Notes: a model not told the origin generated them from the sequence alone. Shown: positions 1-11,759, numbered from the stretch's first letter. The stretch is 20,000 nucleotides of DNA from Vezdaea acicularis (GCA_026025075.1 JAPEUI010000041.1:110261-130260); one strand, 5' to 3'. Numbers and translations are program-made.

Positions 1-226
1 TCGCGAGTCTGACTCAAGCCGTCGATATTACCATTATTTTTACTTTTACTATTATCACCATACCTCCAAGATATTCCCCTGCATGTCTCTGCATTTACCA
101 TGCACGCTTCGCACGTAAATGCTGCATATGCTATGCTCCCAAGATCCTGCGTATGCTCTCTTTTTCGAGCAGCCTACTTCTTACTTCTTAGCTTCTCCTA
201 TCCCTGTTCTCTTTCACCATTCCATA

Positions 227-745
227 CTACGATGCTCTTGCCCTTGCGCTCCTGGACCCGTTCCTCGGCCCGCGTGTGTCAACACCCAACTCCTTAAATT
301 CCCGTACATTCAATCCCGCACCACTATTTCCGCCTACGACTGTACTACTCCTCTTTGAGCCCCTGGATGTGGGGTTTGGGCTCAGGCCAGGCTTTGCATT
401 ACTGCCACCACCAACGTCAAACTTTGCGTTGGAGCTTGAACTAAATCTACGTCGGGTGCTGGAGGAGTTCGATTTAGTGTTTGCGGGGCGGGGGAGGGAA
501 GAGGTGGAGTTGTATTTCGAGTTACGGGAGGTTTTGGAGGAGATGGTAGACGTGGTTATAGGGTGGATTATGTAATCACCGTCTATGTACTCGAATTTGG
601 GAGGTGGGGCCCGGGAGCGTCGCTGGGTATAACGCGCGGAGAGGCGGTGATGCTCAATGTCTGTTTTAGAGAGAGGGTTAGAACTTGAGGAGAGGGTAAG
701 GAGGCGGGGAAGGGGAATTTGGGGGAAAAGCGGAATTGGAGGCAT
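227..745 (-). CDS. Hypothetical Ser/Arg/Pro-rich protein (172 aa)
   Basis: Uninterrupted ATG-to-stop ORF preceded by a long pyrimidine-rich leader on the minus strand (about 750-1240). No recognisable domain; low complexity. Confidence 0.4.
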   Translation of the reverse strand: MPPIPLFPQIPLPRLLTLSSSSNPLSKTDIEHHRLSARYTQRRSRAPPPKFEYIDGDYIIHPITTSTISSKTSRNSKYNSTSSLPRPANTKSNSSSTRRRFSSSSNAKFDVGGGSNAKPGLSPNPTSRGSKRSSTVVGGNSGAGLNVREFKELGVDTRGPRNGSRSARARAS

Positions 746-1820
746 CTGGAGTGGTGGAGAGGCACGTACGTGATCGAAGCCGTTGTATGAACTTCAATTT
801 GGGCATGGTGAAGGCGGTAGAGAGGTTGTCCATGGCTTCTACAGCGAGCATTGGCCTTGTGTTCGCCTGGCTAACAGGTGAGGCGGATGAGGTGGAGGTG
901 TGGCTAGGATTAGAATTATGGAGATCGATGTCGTTTTTCTACAATTATTGCAAGGCGGTTGTGTTAGGTATAACTCAATGCGTATGAAAGCGGGAAGAGA
1001 AGTTCGAGCGATAGTTTGAGTGATGTTGAAAGATGGAGATTGAGATCGAGGAAAGGTACGAGTATTCCGAGAACAGGTCTGGTTTGGAAGGAACGATGGT
1101 GTGGTAGTCTTGGTCGAATTGATCGAGTCCAGCTCTTGCAAGGAGGAAACAAAGATAAAGAGCGACGACGGGAAAAGTCTTGACCCGCGAGGAAAAGGAA
1201 GGTGCGTGTAATAAGACTTCTTCGCTGGAAAACTTCACGCCGATTAGGAGGTCTCGTTAGGAAATAGCTGCCTGCCCGATACAGCCTATTTAGCGAGTCG
1301 TTCGTCCGTTAAGCGGCAGCCAGAGGCGCGACAGGGGCAGTCTTTTGGGCCTGACCTAGCGCCCGCCAAGGCTCTTCTTAGCCACGGAACTAATAGGAGC
1401 GACGGCCGGGGTAATTCATCGGCTCCGGCAGTTTCGAGTTGTAACACTAGACATGCGAAGGTTGGGGATCAGCACGCCACTGCTGAGACTCTGACCCGCA
1501 ATCTATTGTCGTGGTGAGGAGAGGGGCAGCGGTGACGGAGTCTGTCCTCGAACAAGTTTTAGCGTCAACACCGGTATTTGGCTGCTATTTCAGATCTGCC
1601 AGTCACAGGGATGGAATGCGAGTCGAGTTTCAAACAGTCAAAGCCAAGCAATGGTCAGATCACCATTTATCGACACAAATCTCATTAGGTGGTGATCGGA
1701 CTATCTCTGGCAAAACGAGTGATCCAGCTCGGGGTATCATCCAAAAGCAGAAACGCCGTAGTTACCCAGAAAAAGCCAACACATAGCTTGGCTTCAGCCC
1801 GCGTAATGTGAATCGGTCAG

Positions 1821-3748
1821 TCAAGTCCGCACATCATCATGCAAATCTATCATCGGAGTTTTGCTCCGTTTCCGAACAGCCCACCCCTTGATTGCAACAC
1901 ATAGCATCTCCCACACCATTAAGAAGGCCGTGAAGCCCATTGTGACAGTGAAGATAAACATTGCGTCTAGTTCGTGCCGCTCCATTGCCGCGACGGTATC
2001 CTTATTGCTGGCCATGAAGATGATCCCACCGGAAATTAGGCAGAAGGCGGCAATGAGTTCGGATGGAGGTCTGGAGGGGAGTAAGGAAGCAGGTGGCGAG
2101 AGGAAGAAGAGAATATAGGTCACAGCACGAGCCAGGGAGAAGCCTACAAGCAGCATGCCCCATTGCTTGTGTACCATGGTAGACACCATTGAGGATTGGT
2201 GATGAGAGCCCATCATCATTCCAAGAAGCAAGATGATTAGCGCTGGGAGAGGGTTCAACGATGTATTGTAGGTCCGAGGTTCCTTCCAGCCTGCTTCAGA
2301 AGCTCCGCCATAAGATCGCTGGGCGGGTGCGGACGAAAGTATCGTCATGTTCAAAAGACTTCGGATCTTCCCCGATTCGACGAGCATACCACACTGGCAG
2401 GAATCAGTTGAATGTCCAAGATGACGTAATACGAGTATCACTCACCAATCCACCACCGAAAAACATGATTGATATGGAAACATGTTCTAAATCTTGCGCG
2501 GTCCAAGGTCCACCCCACGCAGCAAGGTGTTCAAGGAAAACGTTCGTTGTGCCGTAAAACCAGATGACAAAGGATTCGGTAAACTCCGCAGTTGGGGCGG
2601 AAGCTTTGTTGCCAACAACGTCCCTCGGAGGCTTTGTATTCCACGCCCAACCAAAATCGGCAAAGCACCCCATCCAGCGCCCAAGAGTCAGAATTCCATA
2701 CCAGAAGAATATTCCGCCTTTGATGAAGTGCGCCAAGCCGTTGAAAACGTTAATGCCTTGCATAATGCCTGCGAAGGTCACCGCGCCAGTGACAAACAAC
2801 ACGAATGCGAGGGGTAGCACGGCGCGATCCACGACGGCGTAGAAAGCGTTCAGTACGCGCAACACTCTTGTGGAGAGCATGCCTGGCACTTTGCGCAGAA
2901 GGAACCGATCAACAGCAGAGTTTTGCAGGAAGCCTCCACTTTCTCTACTTCCATCGACGACGGTCTCTTCATCTGCCTCGTGACCAGCTTCAAGCTTTGC
3001 CCGATAGCTAGGTAATTGACGCTCTGGGTGCTCATCCGTTGGTGAAAGGGAATGACTCCTTAATGAGGATGATTCCCTTTCTGTTCCCTGACCGCTGTCT
3101 ATCGAATAACGGTAGCTGTCATGCCCCTCTTCGTTTAATCGCTGACGCTCCGCCATGACATCTATCGAGAGCATGAAAGCCTGACGCTCGACGAAGCCGC
3201 TTTCTTCTTGCTTGAACCTTCCAGTGTAGAGATTGAGGAGCCCGACCAGAGCCTGGGCACTTACCATCCAAGTTATTACCCATCCTAGCTTATGATGCAA
3301 GTTGTTCGGGTATAGGTCAGGCGTCCTAGCATTATAGGCTGTGCCGACCAACAGTCCACTCGCGTTGAGAATGAGAAACACAGTTTGTACTAAGAGTGTA
3401 AGGTGTGATCGAGCTAGGCTTAGCATCACAGCTAGACAACAAAATACTTAGTAAAAGTCGGTTTCTGAGTCTGTGAAAGGATCGCTTACCAACCGGGAGC
3501 ACGAAGAACCATGCTATGGTCATGAGTACAATGTGGGTGTAAATCAAATTAGAGCCACCAGGTAGCTCAAAGTAGCTTTGTGGACCCGTCGAAGAGTTGA
3601 AGGTTGGACTCGAGCCTGCCATAGGAGCCGGTGGCATATCCACGTCCATTCCTGAAGGCTCACCGTGGCCGTGGGCGGTTGCTAGAGGTAAAGCCTCTAG
3701 CAAGAGCACGACCACGGAAGAGACGTAAAGTTCCACCCGTGGATGCAT
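1821..3748 (-). CDS. Ytp1/DUF2427-family integral membrane protein (yeast YCR061W-like), about 605 aa, 3 exons
   Basis: Exons 3748-3490, 3431-2446 and 2393-1821 join in frame (1818 nt); introns GTAAGC..TAG and GTGAGT..CAG. Signal peptide then HGH; HIVLMTIAW..LP, YNARTPDLYPNNLHHKLGW, NGLAHFIKGGIFFWYG, NVFLEHL, DLEHVSISIMFFGGGL and MGSHHQ..VHKQWG match the fungal DUF2427+Ytp1 architecture. Confidence 0.85.
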
Positions 3749-5118
3749 ATATGGAAGCGAGACCTGAAAGTACAGACAATTTCTGCAAAGATTTCTTAGG
3801 AAGCCTGTATAGGCGTCTGCAAAGGAAACGGCAAGAGGACGAACGCTTCAGACAAAGGGAATAAAACGTATAGTGAAGTAGAAATGGGGACGGAGGGATC
3901 ATTAACTGTATGACCAGCTAAGGCGCGAGGGGTAATTAGTCAGATGGTGGGGCGTGAGCTACATTCTGTCTGAGCGCGCGGGAGACAGCGGAGTTGTGAC
4001 GTGAGCAAAGCCTTGCAATGTTCCATCCAGTCCATAGCTAAGCAAACTCAGTCTCGGATTGAAGCACTTGGGACGGACATTCGCCATCCGACCGTCGCCG
4101 ACCTTGGCGAGTTGTTCTCTAGCAGCGGTGGTCAGCACTGACAGCTGCCGAGAGTCCCGTCCACAGTCCAAGACCGAATGCCGAGAGAAAATTTATGCCT
4201 CAAGAGCGGCGGTGTGAGTGGCCGGCGAAGTTTCGCCCGGCTTGGTCGGGAGCGAGTGCGGCAGGGATTCATGGCCATGCCATTTGCGAAAGTGCACATG
4301 CCCAAGATGCGATTTGGACTATCCAGAAAACGGTATTGGTGTGGAAATAAGGCCAACACTTAACAGGATAGCCTGGCACCACACGAAGACGAGGAGGCAT
4401 CCGAATCCGCCGATGACTATCCACTGCTGCGCCGTGACTTGTCGCGGGCACGGAGTTTGCGGACGATAATGCCGTCGTTGCATGTGCTACCTTGATGACT
4501 CTATCTCGACGTCGTCTCGCCTGCTGAGCCGACCGCGCTAAGGGCTTTAGCCGCTTCGGTTGGCTCGGAGGAAAGTCGGTCCTCTTGCGCTTAAACGGCC
4601 GAGAGTCGCAAGACCTGAACGTTGATGGGCGAACGGTGTTTCGAACTTCGCCTTGCATTGACATGAAGAAGTGATAGTGGTTGCATACCTCGATCATGCT
4701 GGAAGGGTGGCCAAAGATCGACAAACTACTCAACCGAGCAGCCTGCTCCATGCAAGCTGCTGCTCATGCTGCCTCCATCAGTGGCGCCCATGATGCTATG
4801 CATAACGCTTCATAAACTTGCGACTAATAGTGGCGTGTGTAAATTAGCTCCTTCTGCAATACTTGAAGCTGCGATTTTCACAGCGTCAATGTTTCAGTAA
4901 GGTTAGCAAAAAGAGTCGCGACAATCCCTGAGGTTCCTCGAGACGGAATATGTCAGCCGTAGTCTGGGGCGCGTGGGGTGTGCCGTGTTAGCTATGGACG
5001 ACGAACAGCCCCTAGCGCATTAGAGCAATCAGATGGGGGCCGCTATGCATGAACGGCTTAACGGTATCCGCACGCCGACCCCGCGTCTGCCACGTTTTCT
5101 CCGACTCGTTCGGCTCCG

Positions 5119-6170
5119 TCAAACCCATGTCCAAGCTGCACAGTCGAAGTTGGCATAGCATCTGAACTCGTTGCCTAGTCCCTTTGAATGCCGTGGTTCG
5201 AAGGAGGTCGTGTGTACCTCGGCCTTGTTGTATAGCCGATTGATCAATGACTCCATCCTTTCACCGGAGCAGACTATTAGCCGGTTTGGAACCAAGTCCA
5301 AGCCAGTCGTCTCCGTCGATGGTAGCCCGGATCCAGCTGTAACTGAGTTCTTGGGTCTAGCCTTGGAAAGCCAGCGTACTGTGAGTGCAGCTTGGAACGA
5401 TGTGGATTAGTCTCTATAAAGCTTGCATGGAGGGTTGGTGTTACTCTTTGTTTGACAGTCTTCGGAAAGAAAGGGAGGATCGCAGATAATTCGATCAAAT
5501 CTGCCCTTCAACTCCCCCGGGAGACGCAGTGGGTGCTCAAAGTCGTAGGGAACAAACTCTCTGAAGACACTGAATCGTTTGTCGTATTCAAATAAATTCA
5601 CTTGTGGCTTTGTCGCGGTTGGAGTGGATCGCTCGAAGTCGATCCTGTTAGTTGAAGGGTCCTTGGCTAAGATGGAAAGGCTGCAGCTCACTAGAATATT
5701 TCTGAGTTGAATGAATACACTAGGCGCAGAGACCACAGCTATGCATGTCTCTTCTGTGCAGTCGGAAAGAAGCTCATTGGCAAGGATGGTTGCTGTTTCC
5801 TTAGTGTACTTACTCAAGTATATCAGCCATTGAAGAACTAGATCCAAACAAGGGTTAACGATACCCAAAACTGAGACGCATTCCAATCTTCTGCGAACAG
5901 GGTGTCGATATCAAGCTCTTCAGAGGAGTCCACGTCTTCCTCTGCTTGGGCTTTTAAGTCTTCGAATTGTTCGAGCCGAGTATCTCTTTCAGTGTAGAAG
6001 TCGGCAAGAGCTTCCAACGTTGAGGGATCCAGAGTCCTTGGGGCACGTTAATTGATACCATAACATAAACCGGGAGAGTAAGATCTTGAATATAGTACTT
6101 ATATCACTTGCACTTACAGAGGTTCATCATCATTATCGTCTTCATGATTGCCATGCATTAAATCTGGCAT
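5119..6170 (-). CDS. EFM5: Protein-lysine N-methyltransferase EFM5 (EEF1AKMT1/N6AMT2 family), about 266 aa, 5 exons
   Basis: Exons 6170-6118, 6036-5865, 5808-5692, 5631-5445 and 5390-5119 (801 nt). Motifs EDWNASQFWY, IAVVSAPSVF, LFEYDKRF, DPPFLSEDCQTK, VCSGERM and GLGNEFRCYANF are characteristic. The intron 3 acceptor is uncertain. Confidence 0.9.
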
Positions 6171-6805
6171 TACGCCAAAAGAGAAAGACAAACCTAGAGA
6201 TTCGTAGATCCTCTCGTTGCAGCCTCCGATGAGCTAGCATGTAAAGATCGACTTTAGCTGCTCTAAATTCTGGCTTGTGTTGTGGGATAAAAACTTAGGC
6301 GACGTGTAAATCAAATAGCTTTTTATCGTAGCTCATCAATTCTTGGAAAAAATTTAGCGATGACAACGATTAAAGAAGAACTTCGATTCTCCATGTCAAG
6401 AAAATCTTTGAATTTTTCGAGTTTGATTCATATGGAGGTGCCTTTCCGAGTATTATCTAGACCTTGAAATAACATCATTTAACAGTGGCTTGGGTAATAT
6501 CGAACCAAAAATCGCAGTAATGATAACTTGTCCCTGAACTCGAACACAAGAAGCTTTAAAATTACAAGAGGATATATGGGGATTTTGCTGTTTGAAAACT
6601 GCAATGCAAGTCTATTGGCCAAGTTGGGATGCCTTGAAAAAGGGTGACAACTACGGGATTCTAGCGTAGTAGGAAACGCTCGGGAGCAGAATCATGCATG
6701 ACGAGATGGACGTCAATAAATCACATCTTGCGAATCTTGTCTCTATCTTTCTTATTCCGTATATACAATATGAGCCTCTAATCGTTATGTTCAGGTGACT
6801 CCCCA

Positions 6806-8416
6806 CTACTGGTCGTCTATAACATGAAGGTATTTCTTCTCCTCGCGCCGTTCTCGTTCTGTCGACGGGGGAAGGTCGAAATAGGTCGAGGTACGGTAGC
6901 TTTGCTGTTAATAATTCTGCGTTAGCTTTTGTGTCGTCTTGTAGGGGTAATCAAATGCTCCTTACAAGGTAGTGAAATGTTAAGCTGCTGATATCGGCAG
7001 GCTCGATACCCAAATCCTTGAATGTCTTCGCAGATTTGTCAATCTTCTGATCAATGAACTCACGCTCAATTTCATCTGGCGACATAGTGGGCCACCACAA
7101 AGCTTTATTGAGGATATTTGCCATGGGTTTGAGTGCCGTTTTGGGAATATTGATATGACGCCGATGTTTAAAAATCTCCTTGTCTACAAGCTCAGCAATC
7201 TCGGCGGTTGAATAGTTTTTAGGACCATAAAGTTCGTAGGTCTGAGAAGCAGTATCATCATTCTGTAGCATTATCTCAAGCGCATGCCCTACATCGATAG
7301 CCTAAATGACTTATGAGCGGTATATCTTGGCAGTCACCCGAATACATAAACTCACATGCACAGGCCAATATCGTTCTTGCATCCAATTTGAGGTTATGAG
7401 GTTTGTGACGCCAGCAAGCTTGTGCAACAGGTTGTCTTCGAATCCAAAGAGGGGTGCTGGACGTACAATGGTCGTTTCGGGGAAGATACTGCGTACAACT
7501 TCTTCTCCGCGGGCCTGCACAGGTTAGATTTACATCTCATTTGACAGGTAAAACGTGGCTTCCTCACCTTCGTACGAAAGAACTCTGACGGGGAATTTTT
7601 ATCGGCATTGTAAGACGAGACGTGAATGAAACGATCGCAATCATATTTGGCCACAGCTTCTGCGATCCTCTCCGCACCTTCCACATGAACATCTTCGTAT
7701 GTGAAGTTTCTATCGCAGAAAGTCAGGTGTAAGAACAATATCATCAAGCTTGGGGGAAGTGGATCGAGTTTCCGTACTTTGTGGGGTGCATCCGTCCGAC
7801 CAAATTATAAACAACGTCAGAATGTCGCACACTCTCTTCTAGCGATTGTGTGTTCCGGAGATCATATTCCTGTGACGCTGGCTGTCAGATAGATAAAGTA
7901 CAACCACATCTGCTTTGAAGTGTACCAGAAACGTTACGCGCCCCAAATCTCCCACTACTTTCAAATGCCTCTTTGCCATCTCGTCCCTATACGGCACTAC
8001 CACATTACATCCTTGTCGAGCTAGCGGTAGAGTCAAGTCAGCCTCTACTCGGGATTCAGTACATTCATTCTTACCTAATCTATTGACGATATAGCGCCCC
8101 AAGAACCCAGTTGCTCCAAAGACAGTAGCGGTATGTCCTTCGGGTAGAGTCAGCCTTGCGCGGACTTGTCACTGTGCTCGATGCTTCCATACCTCCAAGA
8201 GACGACCTTTGATATTCTACCATCAGTGTAAGCCAGACTGGTTGCTGGTCTGATTGCTCACCTGCCACCTTGAACTCTTAAGATAGGTTTCCCCGTTCGC
8301 GATATGGTGACATCCTGTAAGCCCCGGCGCTGAACAGTAGACGCCACCTTTCTATCCTGCAATCGAGTCGAAGCCTTCAGGCAGGTACCTGTCTTTCCTC
8401 TTAAGCTCTTTTGCAT
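6806..8416 (-). CDS. NDUFA9: NADH:ubiquinone oxidoreductase 39/40-kDa subunit (NDUFA9 / nuo-40), about 384 aa, 9 exons
   Basis: Exons 8416-8262, 8206-8193, 8137-8075, 8020-7926, 7869-7778, 7709-7568, 7514-7356, 7301-6966 and 6904-6806 join in frame (1155 nt). Basic mitochondrial presequence; [23 protein letters not shown] (Rossmann motif), [25 protein letters not shown] and [13 protein letters not shown]. Confidence 0.95.
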
Positions 8417-8706
8417 ATTGAAAGCTATGATGTACGATCAATTGACCGCGCAACTCTTGTTAGGTTCAAGTAGAGGTAAGGTTCTTGCGGCTCGCTTGAT
8501 ATATGTGTCTGCCAAGTCTTTAAAGCGGCGACGTTCGAGATTCTGAGCTCCTTCGAATTCATGCCTTATGGTCTACTCAAACGAACGTTATTCCGAAGCT
8601 TGTCTCTGCGCATTTAGAGGCCATAGCACAGGAGCTAGACTCTCTAATTCTAAACCAAGATTGCGGAGATCTTTGCGATCTGCGCAAAATTTTACTTTCA
8701 ACAGCC
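8417..8706. promoter_or_regulatory. Short divergent (probably bidirectional) promoter between NDUFA9 and RPN9
   Basis: Start codons at 8416 (-) and 8707 (+) are only 290 bp apart. Confidence 0.65.
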
Positions 8707-9901
8707 ATGGATGTTGATACAATATCAGACTTCCTAACGGAGCAACGAGATGCGGCACCTGCAGATCTACAGCACTTGTTCGTGTCATTTGAAGACTTCT
8801 GGGAACGGCGATTATGGCATCAACTGACGGACGCCCTCTGGACCTTCTTCAATCATCCTGAAAGCGCCCCTCAACGGCTGACAGTCTATAACAACTTCGT
8901 AATAAAATTCGCCGACAAGATCAACCAACTTAAGCTCGTCCGTCTTGGCCTCAGTGCTGCAACACAATGTCGAGGTATGTAATCAGTCTCCAGAAATTTT
9001 CCATCCTCTAACTCACTCTCCAGACAACCATGAAGCCTTACGTTTCCTCACTTCTCTCGCGACCAAAGTCGACAAGTCCTCTTCACAAGACGCATTTGTG
9101 TACGCTACTGTTGAAGTTGCAAGCATCAAGCTTGCACTCCAAGACCAAACCGGCGCTCGACAAGATCTTGACAAAGCAGAAACTATTCTCGAAAACTTTG
9201 ACAGTGTCGAAACAATTGTACACGCTTCCTTCTACGAGGTAAACGCCGACTACTACAAAGCCAAACATGAATTCGCCTCATACTACCGCAACGCTCTCCT
9301 TTACCTTGCCTGCGTGGACTCTTCAGAGCTCACTCCTGCTGACCTCGAGACACGCGCCTACGACTTAAGCATAGCAGCGCTGGTGTCTGACTCAATCTAC
9401 AACTTTGGCGAGCTTCTCCTCCATCCCATACTCGACTCGCTAGTAAGGACTCAGCACGCCTGGCTCCGCGAGCTACTCTTCGCCTTCAATAGGGGGGATC
9501 TGGCGGCATTCGATGTGCTAGGAAGCAATATCTCCAAGGATAAAATGCTACACGAACATGAAGCGTTCCTCTATCAGAAGATTTGCCTATCTGCGCTTAC
9601 TGAAGCAGTTTTCCGTCGCCCTCCACATGACCGCGCTATGAGCTTCGACACCATTCTTGAGGAGACTAAAGTAAGCCCAGATGAAATCGAGCATCTGATA
9701 ATGAAGGCCCTGAGCTTGGGTTTATTAAGGGGAAGTATCGACCAAGTCGCGAGAGTGGCGAGGATAAATTGGGTCCAGCCAAAGGTCCTAGATATGAAAC
9801 AGGTTGAGAACATGCGGTTGAGGTTGAGAGAATGGGACTCGAGCGTCAATCAACTGGGCAACTGGATCGAAAGCGTTGGGCAAGATGTTTGGGCTGCATA
9901 G
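8707..9901 (+). CDS. RPN9: 26S proteasome lid subunit Rpn9 (PSMD13), about 381 aa, 2 exons
   Basis: Exons 8707-8974 and 9024-9901 (1146 nt); intron GTATGT..CTAAC..CAG. Motifs FWERRLWHQLT, KINQLKLV, YYRNALLYL, IYNFGELLLHPIL, EIEHLIMKALSLGLLRGSIDQV and WVQPKVLD (PCI domain). Confidence 0.95.
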
Positions 9902-10024
9902 TGTTAGTAAAACTACTAGAAATTCCTGCTAGGGAGCAATCAGTTGCATGTCTGGCATTAGTGAGAAAGGGGCGGCACCCTCTTCTAAGTAATACCTAGA
10001 GTTTAAACTCGTGGCAGCTCTTGT

Positions 10025-10030
10025 TATAAA
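10025..10030 (+). promoter_or_regulatory. Possible TATA box of the chitinase gene
   Basis: TATAAA about 270 bp upstream of the first chitinase ATG; it could instead belong to the RPN9 3' end. Confidence 0.25.
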
Positions 10031-10295
10031 GGCAGCCTAGCAGATCCTAGCATGTGCCAACTTCGCTATTCGCATGTCGTCACAGCCGATCCTCCGAACC
10101 CCTCTCTAAGCCATTGTAAACATCACTTTACCAACGATGCTTCTCTTTCACCTTATCCAAGGCGCGGAAAATCCGCAGTGCTTGAAAATGGGCAACCACG
10201 GCTACTCTCCACCCATTGACTGAAGTAGACGCCTGTCTGGCCGCGTCACATGGGTCAGCCTCTACAGCTGAAACCGGCCTCGTCAGCTTTATGAA

Positions 10296-11759
10296 ATGCG
10301 AGTGTCAGCCACCTCCACACTGACACTCTTCCTTACACTACTCACTTTTCCACCTTTTGTATACCCCAAGAGCTTTGAAGCTGCGAAGTCAGTGCAACGG
10401 CCGATCATGGCGGATCAGCAGCAATATAGGACGGTTGCGTATTATGTCAATTGGGTATGTCTCATGCTATTAGTGGACTTTCGATGTGACACCTTTAAGG
10501 TCTTTGCTGATATGGAGTCTCTATAGGCAATCTACGGACGTAAATTCGACCCGCAGGATCTCCCCGCCGAGAAACTCACCCATGTTCTATATGCCTTTGC
10601 GAACGTCCGCCCAGAGACCGGAGAAGTGTATGCCTATCCCTGTATCACTCACTCCCTTGCAAGCTTCCACCTTCATATCCAGCTAACTCCCTCCCCTTTT
10701 TCTAGCTACCTTAGTGACACCTGGTCTGATACCGACAAGCACTACCCCTCCGACTCCTGGAACGACGTCGGCACCAACGTCTATGGATGTATGAAGCAAC
10801 TCTTCCTCCTCAAGAAGCGCAACCGACACCTGAAAATCCTCCTCTCAATCGGCGGCTGGACCTACAGCTCGAACTTCGCCCCCATGGCCGCAACCCCGGC
10901 GGGGCGCGAGACCTTCGCGAAATCTTCCGTTTGCCTGCTCAAAGACTTGGGGTTGGACGGGCTAGACATCGACTGGGAGTACCCCGCCGACTCCACTCAA
11001 GCACACAACCTCGTCCTCCTCCTCCAGCGCACGCGCCAGGAGTTAGACGCCTATGCCGCCTCGACCCCAGGCACGAACCGCCTCCTCCTGACCGTCGCCT
11101 CCCCCGCCGGGCCCCCAACGTACAACCTCATGCATCTCAAGGAAATGAACCACCACCTCGACTTCTGGAACCTGATGGCCTACGACTTCGCCGGCTCGTG
11201 GGACAGCCACGCCGGACACCAAGCGAATCTCTTCCCCTCCCCCCACCACAAGAAATCGACGCCCTTCAACACGGAAGAGGCCGTGGACGACTACACCAAA
11301 GCCGGGATCGCGCCCGGCAAAATCGTCATGGGCATGCCTCTCTACGGCCGCGCCTTCGAAAACACCGACGGCCCCGGCCACCCGTACTCCGGCGTCGGCG
11401 AGGGCAGTTGGGAGAATGGCGTCTGGGACTACAAAGCCCTGCCGCTCCCGGGCGCCATCGAGCACGTAGACCATCGCTTAGGAGCCAGCTGGTGCTACCA
11501 CGAGGGATCGAGGAAGATGGTCACCTACGACACGCTGGAGATGGCGCGCTTCAAGACGGAGTGGCTCAAGAAGAAGAAGCTTGGCGGCGCCATGTGGTGG
11601 GAGAGCAGCACGGATAAGCTCGGCGAGCAGAGTCTGATTGCCGCCGTGGCGGGGCTTTTGGGAGAGGGGGGTGGCCCGGGCTTGGATAGGAGTTTGAATA
11701 CGCTGGAGTATCCCGAGAGTAAGTTTGATAATCTGAGGAAGGGCTTTCCCGGGGAGTAG
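10296..11759 (+). CDS. Glycoside hydrolase family 18 chitinase (class V / subgroup A), 437 aa from ATG 10296 or 400 aa from ATG 10407, 3 exons
   Basis: Exons 10296-10454, 10527-10627 and 10706-11759. [30 protein letters not shown], intact catalytic [10 protein letters not shown] (DxxDxDxE), [20 protein letters not shown] and [10 protein letters not shown]. Confidence 0.95.

Noticed and set aside
276..575. Plus-strand 99-aa ORF with a Glu/Leu-rich, helix-like sequence
   Set aside because: It has no ATG start and is the antisense shadow of the Ser-rich minus-strand ORF.
1511..1786. 91-aa plus-strand ORF
   Set aside because: GTG start, no recognisable motif, and it lies in the 3' flank of the Ytp1-family gene.
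8262..8350. GGTGGC motifs resembling Rpn4/PACE sites upstream of RPN9
   Set aside because: They lie in NDUFA9 coding sequence, lack the AAA tail and are explained by codons.
10787..11617. 276-aa alternative-frame ORF inside the chitinase, plus antisense ORFs
   Set aside because: Explained by strong C/G third-position bias that removes stops from other frames.
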